From Actinomycetota bacterium (lineage in GTDB: Bacteria; Actinomycetota; UBA4738; HRBIN12): 64,000 nucleotides of DNA. Positions 28,302-36,647 of this stretch are shown piece after piece (within the stretch, counting starts at the first letter, position 1; each line of letters begins with the position of its first letter). The stretch spans positions 50,320 to 114,319 of the forward strand of contig JBBDWR010000011.1 in NCBI GenBank assembly GCA_040902745.1, in the 5' to 3' direction. The notes beneath the pieces were generated by a model. It saw nothing but the letters and a program-made list of their open reading frames with translations. It was not told the origin of the DNA and did not search any database. Position numbers and translations under genes: made by a program.

Positions 28302-30236
28302 GTGTTGGACCTCCAGCTGACCGACGCGCGCGCCACCGTGGAGGAGCGCGCGGCAGTCGACGCGCTGCTCGGACCGCCCGAAACGCCGTGGGACGGCGGC
28401 GAGCGCGATGCGTACGGCGTCCGTGTTTCTCGAACCGGCCGCGAAGCGAGGGAACAACGCCACCTCCTGCTCCCCGCTCTGCACGCCGTGCAGGATCGGA
28501 TCGGGTGGATCAGCGAAGGCGCGTTGAACTACGTCTCGATCCGGCTGACCGTTCCTCCCGCCGAGACGTTCGGAGTCGCCAGCTTCTACGCGCTGTTCGC
28601 TCTGCAGGAGCGCCCGCCGACCGTGGTCCACATCTGCGACGACATCGCCTGTGGATCTTCGGGAGCGGAGCGTCTCTGCGGAGAGATGGAGCGGCTGATC
28701 GGTCCCGCAGGCACACCCACCACCGACGGGGGCACGACCTGGCAGCGCAGCCCGTGTCTCGGCCTATGCGAGCAGGCCCCCGCCGCGCTGGTGCAGCGAG
28801 CGGGGATCGGCGTGACCGACCGGTCGATCGGCTGCGCGCGCGCCGAGGACGTCGTTGCGGCGATCACGTCCCGAGCCGACGAGATCGGCCTCGGTGCCGA
28901 CGTCGCGACGATCGCGCCGCAGACCGCAGACGAGAGCAGGTCCGAACTTCGGCTGCTGCGCCGGGTGGGTGTCGTCGACCCCGGATCCCTCGACAGCTAC
29001 CGAGCCGAAGGAGGGTACGAAGCCCTTCGGATGGCGGTCGAGATGGGCCCGGGCGGCGTCATCCGAGAGCTCAAGGACGCGAGGCTGATGGGCCGCGGCG
29101 GGGCTGCGTTCCCGACGGGGGTCAAGTGGGAGGCCGTGGCGTCGCAGGCGAGTCGCCCGCACTACTTCATCTGCAACGCGGACGAGTCCGAGCCCGGAAC
29201 CTTCAAGGACCGTGTCCTGATGGAGCACGATCCGTTCGCATTGATCGAGTCGCTCACGATCGCCGGATACACCACGGCGTCGGAGCACGGGTCGATCTAC
29301 ATCCGAGGGGAGTATCCGCTCGCCCAGGCGCGACTGCGCCATGCGATCGATGAAGCACGTGAACGCGGGTATCTCGGTGACGACGTGATGGGGGAAGGGT
29401 TCACCTTCGACATCGAGGTGCGCCGCGGAGCCGGCGCCTACATCTGCGGCGAGGAAACGGCATTGCTGAACTCGATCGAAGGCAAGCGCGGCGAACCTCG
29501 AAGCAAGCCACCGTTCCCGGTTTCCCGCGGCCTGTTCGGCAAGCCCACAGGGATCAACAACGTCGAGACGCTCGTCAACGTACTGGAGATCCTCCGGATC
29601 GGAGGCCCGGCATACGCGCAGATCGGCACAGAAGGATCCACCGGCCCGCGGCTGTTCTGCCTGTCGGGCACGGTGGAACGACCCGGACTGTACGAGGTCC
29701 CGTTCGGTGCCACGCTCCGCGACCTGATCGAGCTCGCCGGCGGGGTGTCCGGCGGGCGGCCACTGAAGGCGGTTCTGCTGGGCGGTGCTGCCGGAGCGTT
29801 CGTCCGTCCGCAGGACCTGGATCTGAAGCTGACGTTCGAAGACACTCGGGCGGCGGGGGTCACCCTGGGGTCGGGCGTCGTGATGGCGTTCGACGACACG
29901 GTGTCGCTCCCGGAGGTGCTGCTGCGGATCGCGGCGTTCTTCCGCGACGAATCCTGCGGGCAATGTGTACCGTGCCGTGTGGGAACGGTGCGCCAGGAGG
30001 AGGCGCTCCAACGGATCGTCCGCGGCGCCCAGATCGGCTCGCGGGACGAGGAGCTCGCGCTTCTGGGCGAGATCGCGCAGGTGATGCGCGACGCCTCGAT
30101 CTGCGGGCTCGGTCAGACAGCAGCAAACGCGGTGGTCTCGGCGATCGAGCAGCTCGGTGTGTTCGAAGGCGCGGACACGTCGAACGGGAGTCAGGATCGC
30201 TCCGTCCCCACTCGTACCGAAGAACAGGAGTCCTAG
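28302..30236 (+). CDS. NAD(H)-binding formate dehydrogenase diaphorase subunit, NuoE-like/NuoF-like fusion (FdsG-FdsB)
   Basis: The N-terminus is a thioredoxin-like 2Fe-2S domain (CDDIACGSSG...C). It is followed by NuoF motifs (GRGGAAFPTG FMN site, GAGAYICGEETAL NADH site, ESCGQCVPCR 4Fe-4S). The GTG at 28302 follows AGGGGG. The alternative TTG at 28257 overlaps the previous gene. Confidence 0.85.
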   Translation: MLDLQLTDARATVEERAAVDALLGPPETPWDGGERDAYGVRVSRTGREAREQRHLLLPALHAVQDRIGWISEGALNYVSIRLTVPPAETFGVASFYALFALQERPPTVVHICDDIACGSSGAERLCGEMERLIGPAGTPTTDGGTTWQRSPCLGLCEQAPAALVQRAGIGVTDRSIGCARAEDVVAAITSRADEIGLGADVATIAPQTADESRSELRLLRRVGVVDPGSLDSYRAEGGYEALRMAVEMGPGGVIRELKDARLMGRGGAAFPTGVKWEAVASQASRPHYFICNADESEPGTFKDRVLMEHDPFALIESLTIAGYTTASEHGSIYIRGEYPLAQARLRHAIDEARERGYLGDDVMGEGFTFDIEVRRGAGAYICGEETALLNSIEGKRGEPRSKPPFPVSRGLFGKPTGINNVETLVNVLEILRIGGPAYAQIGTEGSTGPRLFCLSGTVERPGLYEVPFGATLRDLIELAGGVSGGRPLKAVLLGGAAGAFVRPQDLDLKLTFEDTRAAGVTLGSGVVMAFDDTVSLPEVLLRIAAFFRDESCGQCVPCRVGTVRQEEALQRIVRGAQIGSRDEELALLGEIAQVMRDASICGLGQTAANAVVSAIEQLGVFEGADTSNGSQDRSVPTRTEEQES

Positions 30237-30239
30237 ACG

Positions 30240-31286
30240 ATGTCCAGGGTGATGCTGGCTCCGCCCAAGCGACTGATCGACATCGAGGTCGACGGTGCGA
30301 CGGTCCGCGTGCCCGAGGGCTCCACGCTGCTGGATGCGCTGCGCACCGAGGGGGTGGACACGCCCACGCTGTGTTACCTCGAGAACCTGACACCGGTGAA
30401 TGCGTGTCGCGTATGTGTTGTCGAGGTGGAGGGTGCTCGCACCCTGGTCCCTTCGTGCGCCCGCCAGGCTGAGGCGGGGATGAAGGTTCGAACCGATTCC
30501 GAGCGCGTGCGGACGAGCCGCAGGATGGTCTTCGAGTTTCTGGCCTCCAGCGTGGACCTCTCCCTCGCGGGGGAACAGGTCCAGGGGTGGATGTCCGCCT
30601 ACGGCGTGGAGCCGGACCGCTACGGCCCGAGCGCCGAGCCGGCTCCGCTGGGCGAACGCGAGGCCCGCATCCCCGGGCACCACCACGGGTCCGAGGGGGA
30701 AGCGGCCGAGACCGTCGCACAGCCGATCAAGGTGGACAACGATCTGTACGTCCGGGAGTACTCGCGGTGCATCCTCTGCTACAAGTGCGTCGAGGCGTGC
30801 GGTGTCGACGCACAGAACACGTTCGCGATCGCGGTCGCCGGCCGGGGCTTCGATGCGCGGATCTCCACCGAGTTCGACGTCACGCTGCCCGACTCCGCGT
30901 GTGTGTACTGCGGCAATTGCATCGGCGTCTGCCCCACTGGAGCCCTGATGTTCAAGTCCGAGTACGACATGCGCGAAGCCGGCACCTGGGACGAGCAGGA
31001 ACAGACCGTGACCGAGACGATCTGCCCGTATTGCGGCGTCGGCTGTGATCTGTCGCTGCACGTCCAGGACAACGAGATCGTCAAGGTCACGAGCCCGCTC
31101 GACAACTCGGTCACACACGGGCATCTGTGCATCAAGGGCAGGTTCGGGTTCCAGTTCGTGCAGAACAGAGGCCCCAAGGACGCCGACGCCGGCGCCCGCG
31201 GAGTCGGACTCGTGGAGGGCCCCGCCGATCGGATCGCGCGTCAAGCCGGTACCGGAGACGACGCCCCGGAGACGACGCGAAGGTGA
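30240..31286 (+). CDS. Fe-S subunit corresponding to the N-terminal (NuoG-like) part of FDH-alpha: 2Fe-2S, two 4Fe-4S ferredoxin clusters and a molybdopterin-oxidoreductase Fe4S4 domain
   Basis: Cys motifs CYLENLTPVNACRVC, CILCYKCVEACG, CVYCGNCIGVCP and CPYCGVGCDLSLH. Confidence 0.85.
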   Translation: MSRVMLAPPKRLIDIEVDGATVRVPEGSTLLDALRTEGVDTPTLCYLENLTPVNACRVCVVEVEGARTLVPSCARQAEAGMKVRTDSERVRTSRRMVFEFLASSVDLSLAGEQVQGWMSAYGVEPDRYGPSAEPAPLGEREARIPGHHHGSEGEAAETVAQPIKVDNDLYVREYSRCILCYKCVEACGVDAQNTFAIAVAGRGFDARISTEFDVTLPDSACVYCGNCIGVCPTGALMFKSEYDMREAGTWDEQEQTVTETICPYCGVGCDLSLHVQDNEIVKVTSPLDNSVTHGHLCIKGRFGFQFVQNRGPKDADAGARGVGLVEGPADRIARQAGTGDDAPETTRR

Positions 31287-31324
31287 TCCGATGGAGGTTC
31301 TCGCCGCGCTGATCGCAACGATCG

Positions 31325-31921
31325 ATGCCTCCAGTCCTTGACACCACCGGGGTGGTTCTGGCCGGCGGACGATCCACCCGCTTCGGCTCCGACAAGCTCG
31401 TGGCGACCTACCGAGGGATGCCGTTGCTTCACCACGCCGTCCTTCGCCTGATCGAGGTGTGCTCCGAGGTCGTGGTAGTGCTCGCTCCGGAAGGTGCGGA
31501 CCCGACGCTCCCGCCCGGGATCCCCGCGCGGTTCGCGCGCGACGCGACCGAGGGCCAGGGACCGTTGGCCGGGGTGCTTGCCGGACTGCAAGCGACGACG
31601 ACGGATGTGGCACTGGTCGTCGGCGGGGACATGCCCGAGATCTCGACTCCGGTTGTGTTGGAGATGCTCGAGGTCGCGGCGCAGTCGTCCGTTGATGCGG
31701 TCGTCCTCGGCGACGGGGACACGTTCCGCCCGCTTCCGGTGCTGGTACGCGCTGATCGAGGGCGTGAGGTCGCCCACGCGCTACTCCACGACGAGGAACG
31801 CCGGTTGCGAGCCTTCGTCCAAGCACTGCGCGTCGCCGTGATCGACGCGGAGACGTGGCGGCTTCTGGACCCTGCGGGGGCGACCCTGCGCGACATCGAC
31901 ACCCCCGGTGACCTCGGGTGA
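31325..31921 (+). CDS. mobA: Molybdenum cofactor guanylyltransferase MobA
   Basis: LAGGRSTRFG N-terminal NTP-transferase motif and about 198 aa. It is located directly after the FDH genes. Confidence 0.75.
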   Translation: MPPVLDTTGVVLAGGRSTRFGSDKLVATYRGMPLLHHAVLRLIEVCSEVVVVLAPEGADPTLPPGIPARFARDATEGQGPLAGVLAGLQATTTDVALVVGGDMPEISTPVVLEMLEVAAQSSVDAVVLGDGDTFRPLPVLVRADRGREVAHALLHDEERRLRAFVQALRVAVIDAETWRLLDPAGATLRDIDTPGDLG

Positions 31922-31964
31922 GCGTCGGCTATCCTCGGACCCTTCCCCGATCCCTGGAGGCCTG

Positions 31965-32915
31965 ATGGAGCGCGTTGTGGTGGCCCTCGGCGGCAACGCC
32001 TTGCTCCGACGGGGCGCGGATGACACCTTCGAGGAGCTGTACCGGTCCGCGCGTGGCGCTGCGGAGAAGGTCGCCGACATCGCGGCCTCCGGTTGGGAGG
32101 TCGTGCTCACCCACGGTAACGGACCACAGGTGGGTCGGATACTCATGCAGCAAGAGGCAGCGCGCGGCTGGGTGCACCCGATGCCGCTGGACGTCTGCGG
32201 CGCCGAGAGCCAGGGGCAGATCGGCTACCTGCTCCAGGTCACGATCGGCGACGTGTTCTTCGAACGCGGTATGCAGCGTCCGGTTGTCACGATCCTCACG
32301 CTCACCCGCGTTCCTCCCGACGATCCCGCCTTCGAAGATCCGACCAAGCCGGTCGGCCCGTTCTTCGAGGAGGAGGAGGCGCAACGCCTCGCGGACGAGC
32401 AGGGGTGGACCGTTAAGCCTGACAGCCACGGCGGATGGAGGCGCGTCGTTCCCTCGCCCGTGCCGTATTCGATCGTGGAGACCCCGGTGATCGCGAACCT
32501 CGTCGGGGACGGTGCGATCGTCATCGCGGCGGGAGGAGGAGGGGTTCCGGTGATCGAGCAGGGGCCCAGGCTGATCGGCGTCGAGGGCGTTGTGGACAAG
32601 GACCTCGCGGGCGCGATCCTCGCATCCGAGGTGGACGCGTCGACGTTGTTGATCCTCACGGACGTGAAGTCCGTACAGACCGGGTTCGGGACCGACCACG
32701 CCGAAGAGGTCCACGGGCTCTCCTTGGACGAGGCGCGCCACCTGCTGGGCGAAGGGGAGTTCGGGGCGGGATCGATGGGACCCAAGGTCCGCGCCGCGGT
32801 GAACTTCGTGGAGGGCGGGAGTCGGCGCACCGCGGTCATCGCCGACCTGGAGGACGCGTTGGCGGCGCTCACCGGTGGTGCCGGAACCACGATCGGCCGG
32901 TCGGTCCCGACGTAG
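31965..32915 (+). CDS. arcC: Carbamate kinase
   Basis: Strong ArcC pattern (VVALGGNAL...THGNGPQVG...AAGGGGVPV). Internal ATG of the track ORF. Confidence 0.85.
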   Translation: MERVVVALGGNALLRRGADDTFEELYRSARGAAEKVADIAASGWEVVLTHGNGPQVGRILMQQEAARGWVHPMPLDVCGAESQGQIGYLLQVTIGDVFFERGMQRPVVTILTLTRVPPDDPAFEDPTKPVGPFFEEEEAQRLADEQGWTVKPDSHGGWRRVVPSPVPYSIVETPVIANLVGDGAIVIAAGGGGVPVIEQGPRLIGVEGVVDKDLAGAILASEVDASTLLILTDVKSVQTGFGTDHAEEVHGLSLDEARHLLGEGEFGAGSMGPKVRAAVNFVEGGSRRTAVIADLEDALAALTGGAGTTIGRSVPT

Positions 32916-32924
32916 GGTTTCGCC

Positions 32925-33590
32925 GTGCGGCTGGTCGTCTACAACCTCAAGGGCTTCCGGCTCGGTCGAGAGCCGATCGCGCAGGTGCTGGACGAACTGC
33001 GTCCGGACCTTGCCCTGCTCCAGGAGACGGGCCCCAGGAGGCAGCTCCGGGCCCTCGCCGGGCAGCTGGGGATGCGGGTCGCAGCCGATCCGTGGGCCTT
33101 CCCGCGTCGGAGGGTCAAGAACGCGGTGCTCGTGCGCCCGCCGCTCGAGCTGCTCGGCCAGCGGTTGCACCGATTCCCCGGTACCGAGCGCCTGCATCCA
33201 CGCGGGGTGATGGTCGCCGAGGTACGCGCAGGAAGGCGCGAGCTCTGGACGCTCTCGGCCCATCTCGGCCTGGTTCCGCGGGAACGAACGAAGCACGCGA
33301 GATTGCTCGCGGGTCTCGCCTCGGCGCTCGATGGTCCCGTCGTGCTGGGAGCGGACCTCAACGAGCTGCCCGGGCGGACGACACCGGCGGTGATCGAAAG
33401 GTCGTTGCGTGACGCGTGGTCGTTGGTTGGGGTCGGTGGCGGCGAGACGTTCCCGTCCGATGGACCCTCTACGCGGATCGACTACCTGTTCGTGTCCGTG
33501 GGGGTGGAGATGGCCGGGATACGCGTCGGGAGCGAGGCGGGGATGGCATCGGATCACCTGCCGGTGATCGCGGAGGTCGAGATCGCCTGA
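32925..33590 (+). CDS. Endonuclease/exonuclease/phosphatase (EEP) family protein
   Basis: 221 aa ending with the SDH catalytic motif typical of EEP enzymes. Confidence 0.65.
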   Translation: MRLVVYNLKGFRLGREPIAQVLDELRPDLALLQETGPRRQLRALAGQLGMRVAADPWAFPRRRVKNAVLVRPPLELLGQRLHRFPGTERLHPRGVMVAEVRAGRRELWTLSAHLGLVPRERTKHARLLAGLASALDGPVVLGADLNELPGRTTPAVIERSLRDAWSLVGVGGGETFPSDGPSTRIDYLFVSVGVEMAGIRVGSEAGMASDHLPVIAEVEIA

Positions 33591-33599
33591 TCTGCGAGA

Positions 33600-33749
33600 T
33601 CAGATCCGGCGGCGAGCTCCGCGCGCCGGGTTGCGGAACAGCTGGATCACGACGAACACGCCGAACAGGCCCGCGGCCCCGACGAGACCGACGAGCAGGA
33701 CCGCGAAGAACCACTCCAGGAAACCACTGATCGCGAGGTAGGCGGTCAT
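33600..33749 (-). CDS. Candidate 49-aa hydrophobic peptide (MTAYLAISGFLEWFFAVLLVGLVGAAGLFGVFVVIQLFRNPARGARRRI)
   Basis: It sits in the 190-nt gap between the EEP gene and pfk. It has one TM helix with a positive C-tail and high GC3, but no clear SD. Confidence 0.3.
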   Translation of the reverse strand: MTAYLAISGFLEWFFAVLLVGLVGAAGLFGVFVVIQLFRNPARGARRRI

Positions 33750-33789
33750 CGGGCGGAGATGCTACCGCACGCGGCATAAGATGGAGCTC

Positions 33790-34818
33790 ATGCGACTGGG
33801 GCTCCTGACGGGTGGCGGCGACTGCCCCGGATTGAACGCCGTGATCCGCGCCGTCGTTCGCGACGGCGCCGGCCGCCGCGGCGCCGAGATCGTGGCCTTC
33901 CGAGACGGCTGGCATGGCGTCCTCGAGAACCGATCGGAGGAGCTCGTCGTGGGCTCCGTTCGCGGCATCATCCATCGGGGCGGCACGATCATCGGCTCCT
34001 CCGGGACCAATCCGTTCAACCACGAGCGGGGAGAGGAGCGGATCGCAGAGACCTTCGCCGCCCAGCGGCTGGACGGACTGATCGCAGTCGGCGGAGAAGG
34101 AACGTTGACCGCGGCATCCCGGCTCGCGGATCGCGGCCTCAAGATCGTCGGCGTTCCCAAGACGATCGACAACGATCTGTCCGCGAACGACTTCACGATC
34201 GGCTTCCATACCGCCGTAGGGACGGCGACCGATGCGATCGACCGGCTCCACAGCACGGCGGAGAGCCACAACCGCGTGATGGTAGTGGAGGTGATGGGGC
34301 GCAACGCGGGGTGGATCGCGATGTACTCGGGGATTGCCGGTGGCGCGGACGCTGTCCTGATCCCGGAGCGGTCCTTCGACCTGGACGAGATCTGTGCACG
34401 TCTGCGCAAGCGCCACCTGCAGCGCTCCTCGTTTTCGATCGTAGTCGTGGCGGAGGGAGCGACGCCGATCGAGGGGTCGATGAACCTTCCCTCTTACGAG
34501 CTCGACGAGAACGGGTTCGAACGGCTGGGAGGGATCTCGACCCTCCTCGGGCCCGAGCTCCAAGCGCGGACCGGTTTCGAGACGCGCGTCACGATCCTGG
34601 GACACACGCAACGCGGCGGCTCGCCGGTGCCGTTCGACCGGGTCTTGGGGACCCGGCTCGGGATCGCCGCAGTGGGTCTCGCCGAGGCGGGCGGTTGGGG
34701 ACGCATGGCGGCGTTGCAGGGTGGGGAGATCGTCGACGTGGCCCTGGCCGACGCGGTCGCCGAGCGCAAGGTGGTTCCCGATCCGCTGATCGCCACGAGC
34801 GAGGTCTTCTGCAGTTGA
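33790..34818 (+). CDS. pfkA: 6-phosphofructokinase
   Basis: MRLGLLTGGGDCPGLNAVIR N-terminus and the GGEGTL, PKTIDND and MGR motifs. Confidence 0.9.
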   Translation: MRLGLLTGGGDCPGLNAVIRAVVRDGAGRRGAEIVAFRDGWHGVLENRSEELVVGSVRGIIHRGGTIIGSSGTNPFNHERGEERIAETFAAQRLDGLIAVGGEGTLTAASRLADRGLKIVGVPKTIDNDLSANDFTIGFHTAVGTATDAIDRLHSTAESHNRVMVVEVMGRNAGWIAMYSGIAGGADAVLIPERSFDLDEICARLRKRHLQRSSFSIVVVAEGATPIEGSMNLPSYELDENGFERLGGISTLLGPELQARTGFETRVTILGHTQRGGSPVPFDRVLGTRLGIAAVGLAEAGGWGRMAALQGGEIVDVALADAVAERKVVPDPLIATSEVFCS

Positions 34819-34839
34819 AGCGGTCCATATACTGAATCG

Positions 34840-35909
34840 GTGCGCTCCTACCGCGTGGATCTGCGCTCGGATACGGTCACCCGCCCCTCCGACGAGATGC
34901 GTCGGGCGATGGCGGGCGCCGAGGTGGGCGACGCGTGGTACGGCGACGACCCCAGCGTGAACCGACTGCAGGACCGCGCGGCCGAGGTCGTCGGCACCGA
35001 GGCCGCGCTCTACGTGCCGACCGGAACGATGGCCAACCAGATCGCGTTGCGTCTGCACGCTCGGGGCTCGGGTCATCTCGTGGCGTGCGAACGACGCGCG
35101 CATGTCGCATCGACGGAGGTCGCCAGCTCCGCGGTGCTGTCCGGGATCGCGTACCGACGTCTGGACGGCGTCGATCGAGGACACCTGACCGCCGAGTCGG
35201 TCACCGAGGGACTGGAGCCCGACACCTATTTCGACGTCGAGGTCGTGGATCTGGTCGCGATCGAGAACACCGCCGGATACGCGGGCGGGACGTGCATGCG
35301 GTTGCGGGAACTGGAGGCGATCCGGCGCGTCGCACGGTCCCGCGGTATCCCGGTTCACCTCGACGGCGCTCGGCTGTTCAATGCGACGGCGGCGACCGAT
35401 ACCGACCCCGCTGACTACGGGCGCCAGGTGGACACCCTCATGTTCTGCACGTCCAAGGGACTCGGCGGTCCGATCGGCTCCCTGCTGTGCGGCCCGGTGG
35501 AGCTGATGCCCGAGGCCCGGCGGGTGCAGATCCTGTTCGGTGGAGCCTGGCGTCAGGCCGGAGCATGGCGGCGGCGGGACTCGTTGCCCTCGAGAACGGC
35601 CCGAAGCGCCTCCACGAGGACCATGAGCGGGCAAAGCGACTCGCCGCAGGTGTTTCCGACGTGCTCGAGGGATCGCTCGACGCGGCCGCGGTCGAGACGA
35701 ACATGGTGTTCGTCGACGTCCGGGCCACGAAACTCGACACGGGAACCGTGATCGAGCGGCTCCGCGACGCAGGTGTGGGGGCCACCCCGACCGATCGCGG
35801 GGACGTTCGCATGGTCACCCACGCGGACGTCGACGACGACGGCATCGACGTGGCCCTGGAGGCCTGGAGGGAGATCGCCCCATCTGGGTCGGGAAGGAGC
35901 GAGGCGTAG
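34840..35909 (+). pseudogene. ltaE: Low-specificity threonine aldolase, interrupted by a 1-nt frameshift near 35563-35564
   Basis: Track ORF 34840..35751 carries homology up to ...ILFGGAWRQAG. Homology continues in the +1 frame from ATG 35565 (MAAAGLVALENG...) to 35909. Only 2 nt separate the two frames. Confidence 0.6.
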
Positions 35910-36533
35910 ATGGCGCTGTTCTCGAAGAAACTTCCGGACGATGTCGCTCGTCGCGTGCCTCCGGGGCAACGCCTCGTCAAGACGTGGCCCGTGCTTCACG
36001 TTGGCTCGATCCCTGCATTCGATTTCTCCACGTGGGATCTGCGGCTCTACGGTGAGGTCGAGGACGAGGTGCGCCTGACCTACGAGGAGCTCAAGGCCCT
36101 GCCGAACACGACCGTGCCCGCGGATATGCATTGCGTGACCGGGTGGACCACGCTGGACAACGCATGGACGGGCGTTGCGTTCTCGACACTTCGTGATCTC
36201 TGCCGGCCCACGGGCGAGGCGGGTTGGGTGATCACCCACTGCGAACAGGGCTACACGTCCGACCTGTCGCTCCAGGTGATGAACGGCGACGACGTCCTGG
36301 TGGCCTGGGCGCATGGGGGGGCGGACCTCGCGCCGGAACATGGATATCCGCTGCGACTCGTGGTTCCCAAGCGTTACGCATGGAAGAGCGCGAAATGGCT
36401 ACGGGGATTGGAGTTCAGCACTCGCAACAAGCGCGGCTACTGGGAGGAGCGGGGGTATCACGTGCACGCGGACCCCTGGCCCGAGGAGCGCTACTCCTAC
36501 TCCGAGCACGCGCGAGCCGACCTCGAGTCCTGA
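35910..36533 (+). CDS. Sulfite-oxidase-family molybdopterin-binding oxidoreductase domain protein (YedY/MsrP-like, no signal peptide)
   Basis: Oxidoreductase molybdopterin-binding domain pattern (HCVTGWT...WTGV...PKRYAWKSAKWL). Confidence 0.65.
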   Translation: MALFSKKLPDDVARRVPPGQRLVKTWPVLHVGSIPAFDFSTWDLRLYGEVEDEVRLTYEELKALPNTTVPADMHCVTGWTTLDNAWTGVAFSTLRDLCRPTGEAGWVITHCEQGYTSDLSLQVMNGDDVLVAWAHGGADLAPEHGYPLRLVVPKRYAWKSAKWLRGLEFSTRNKRGYWEERGYHVHADPWPEERYSYSEHARADLES

Positions 36534-36647
36534 GCGGCTCGGAGGCCGCCGGAACCTGCTTCGGTCGTTCTCGCGCGGACAGGTATCCTGCCCGCTCCTC
36601 AAGGCTGCGATTCCCACCGCCGATGCTGCCTGTGGGGGATACCCACC

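Noticed and set aside
28764-31826. 1020-aa minus-strand ORF
   Set aside because: Antisense to three FDH genes with clear Fe-S and NuoF motifs. Composition is Arg/Pro/Gly low-complexity.
31929-35634. 542-aa and 721-aa minus-strand ORFs
   Set aside because: Antisense to carbamate kinase, EEP, pfk and ltaE.
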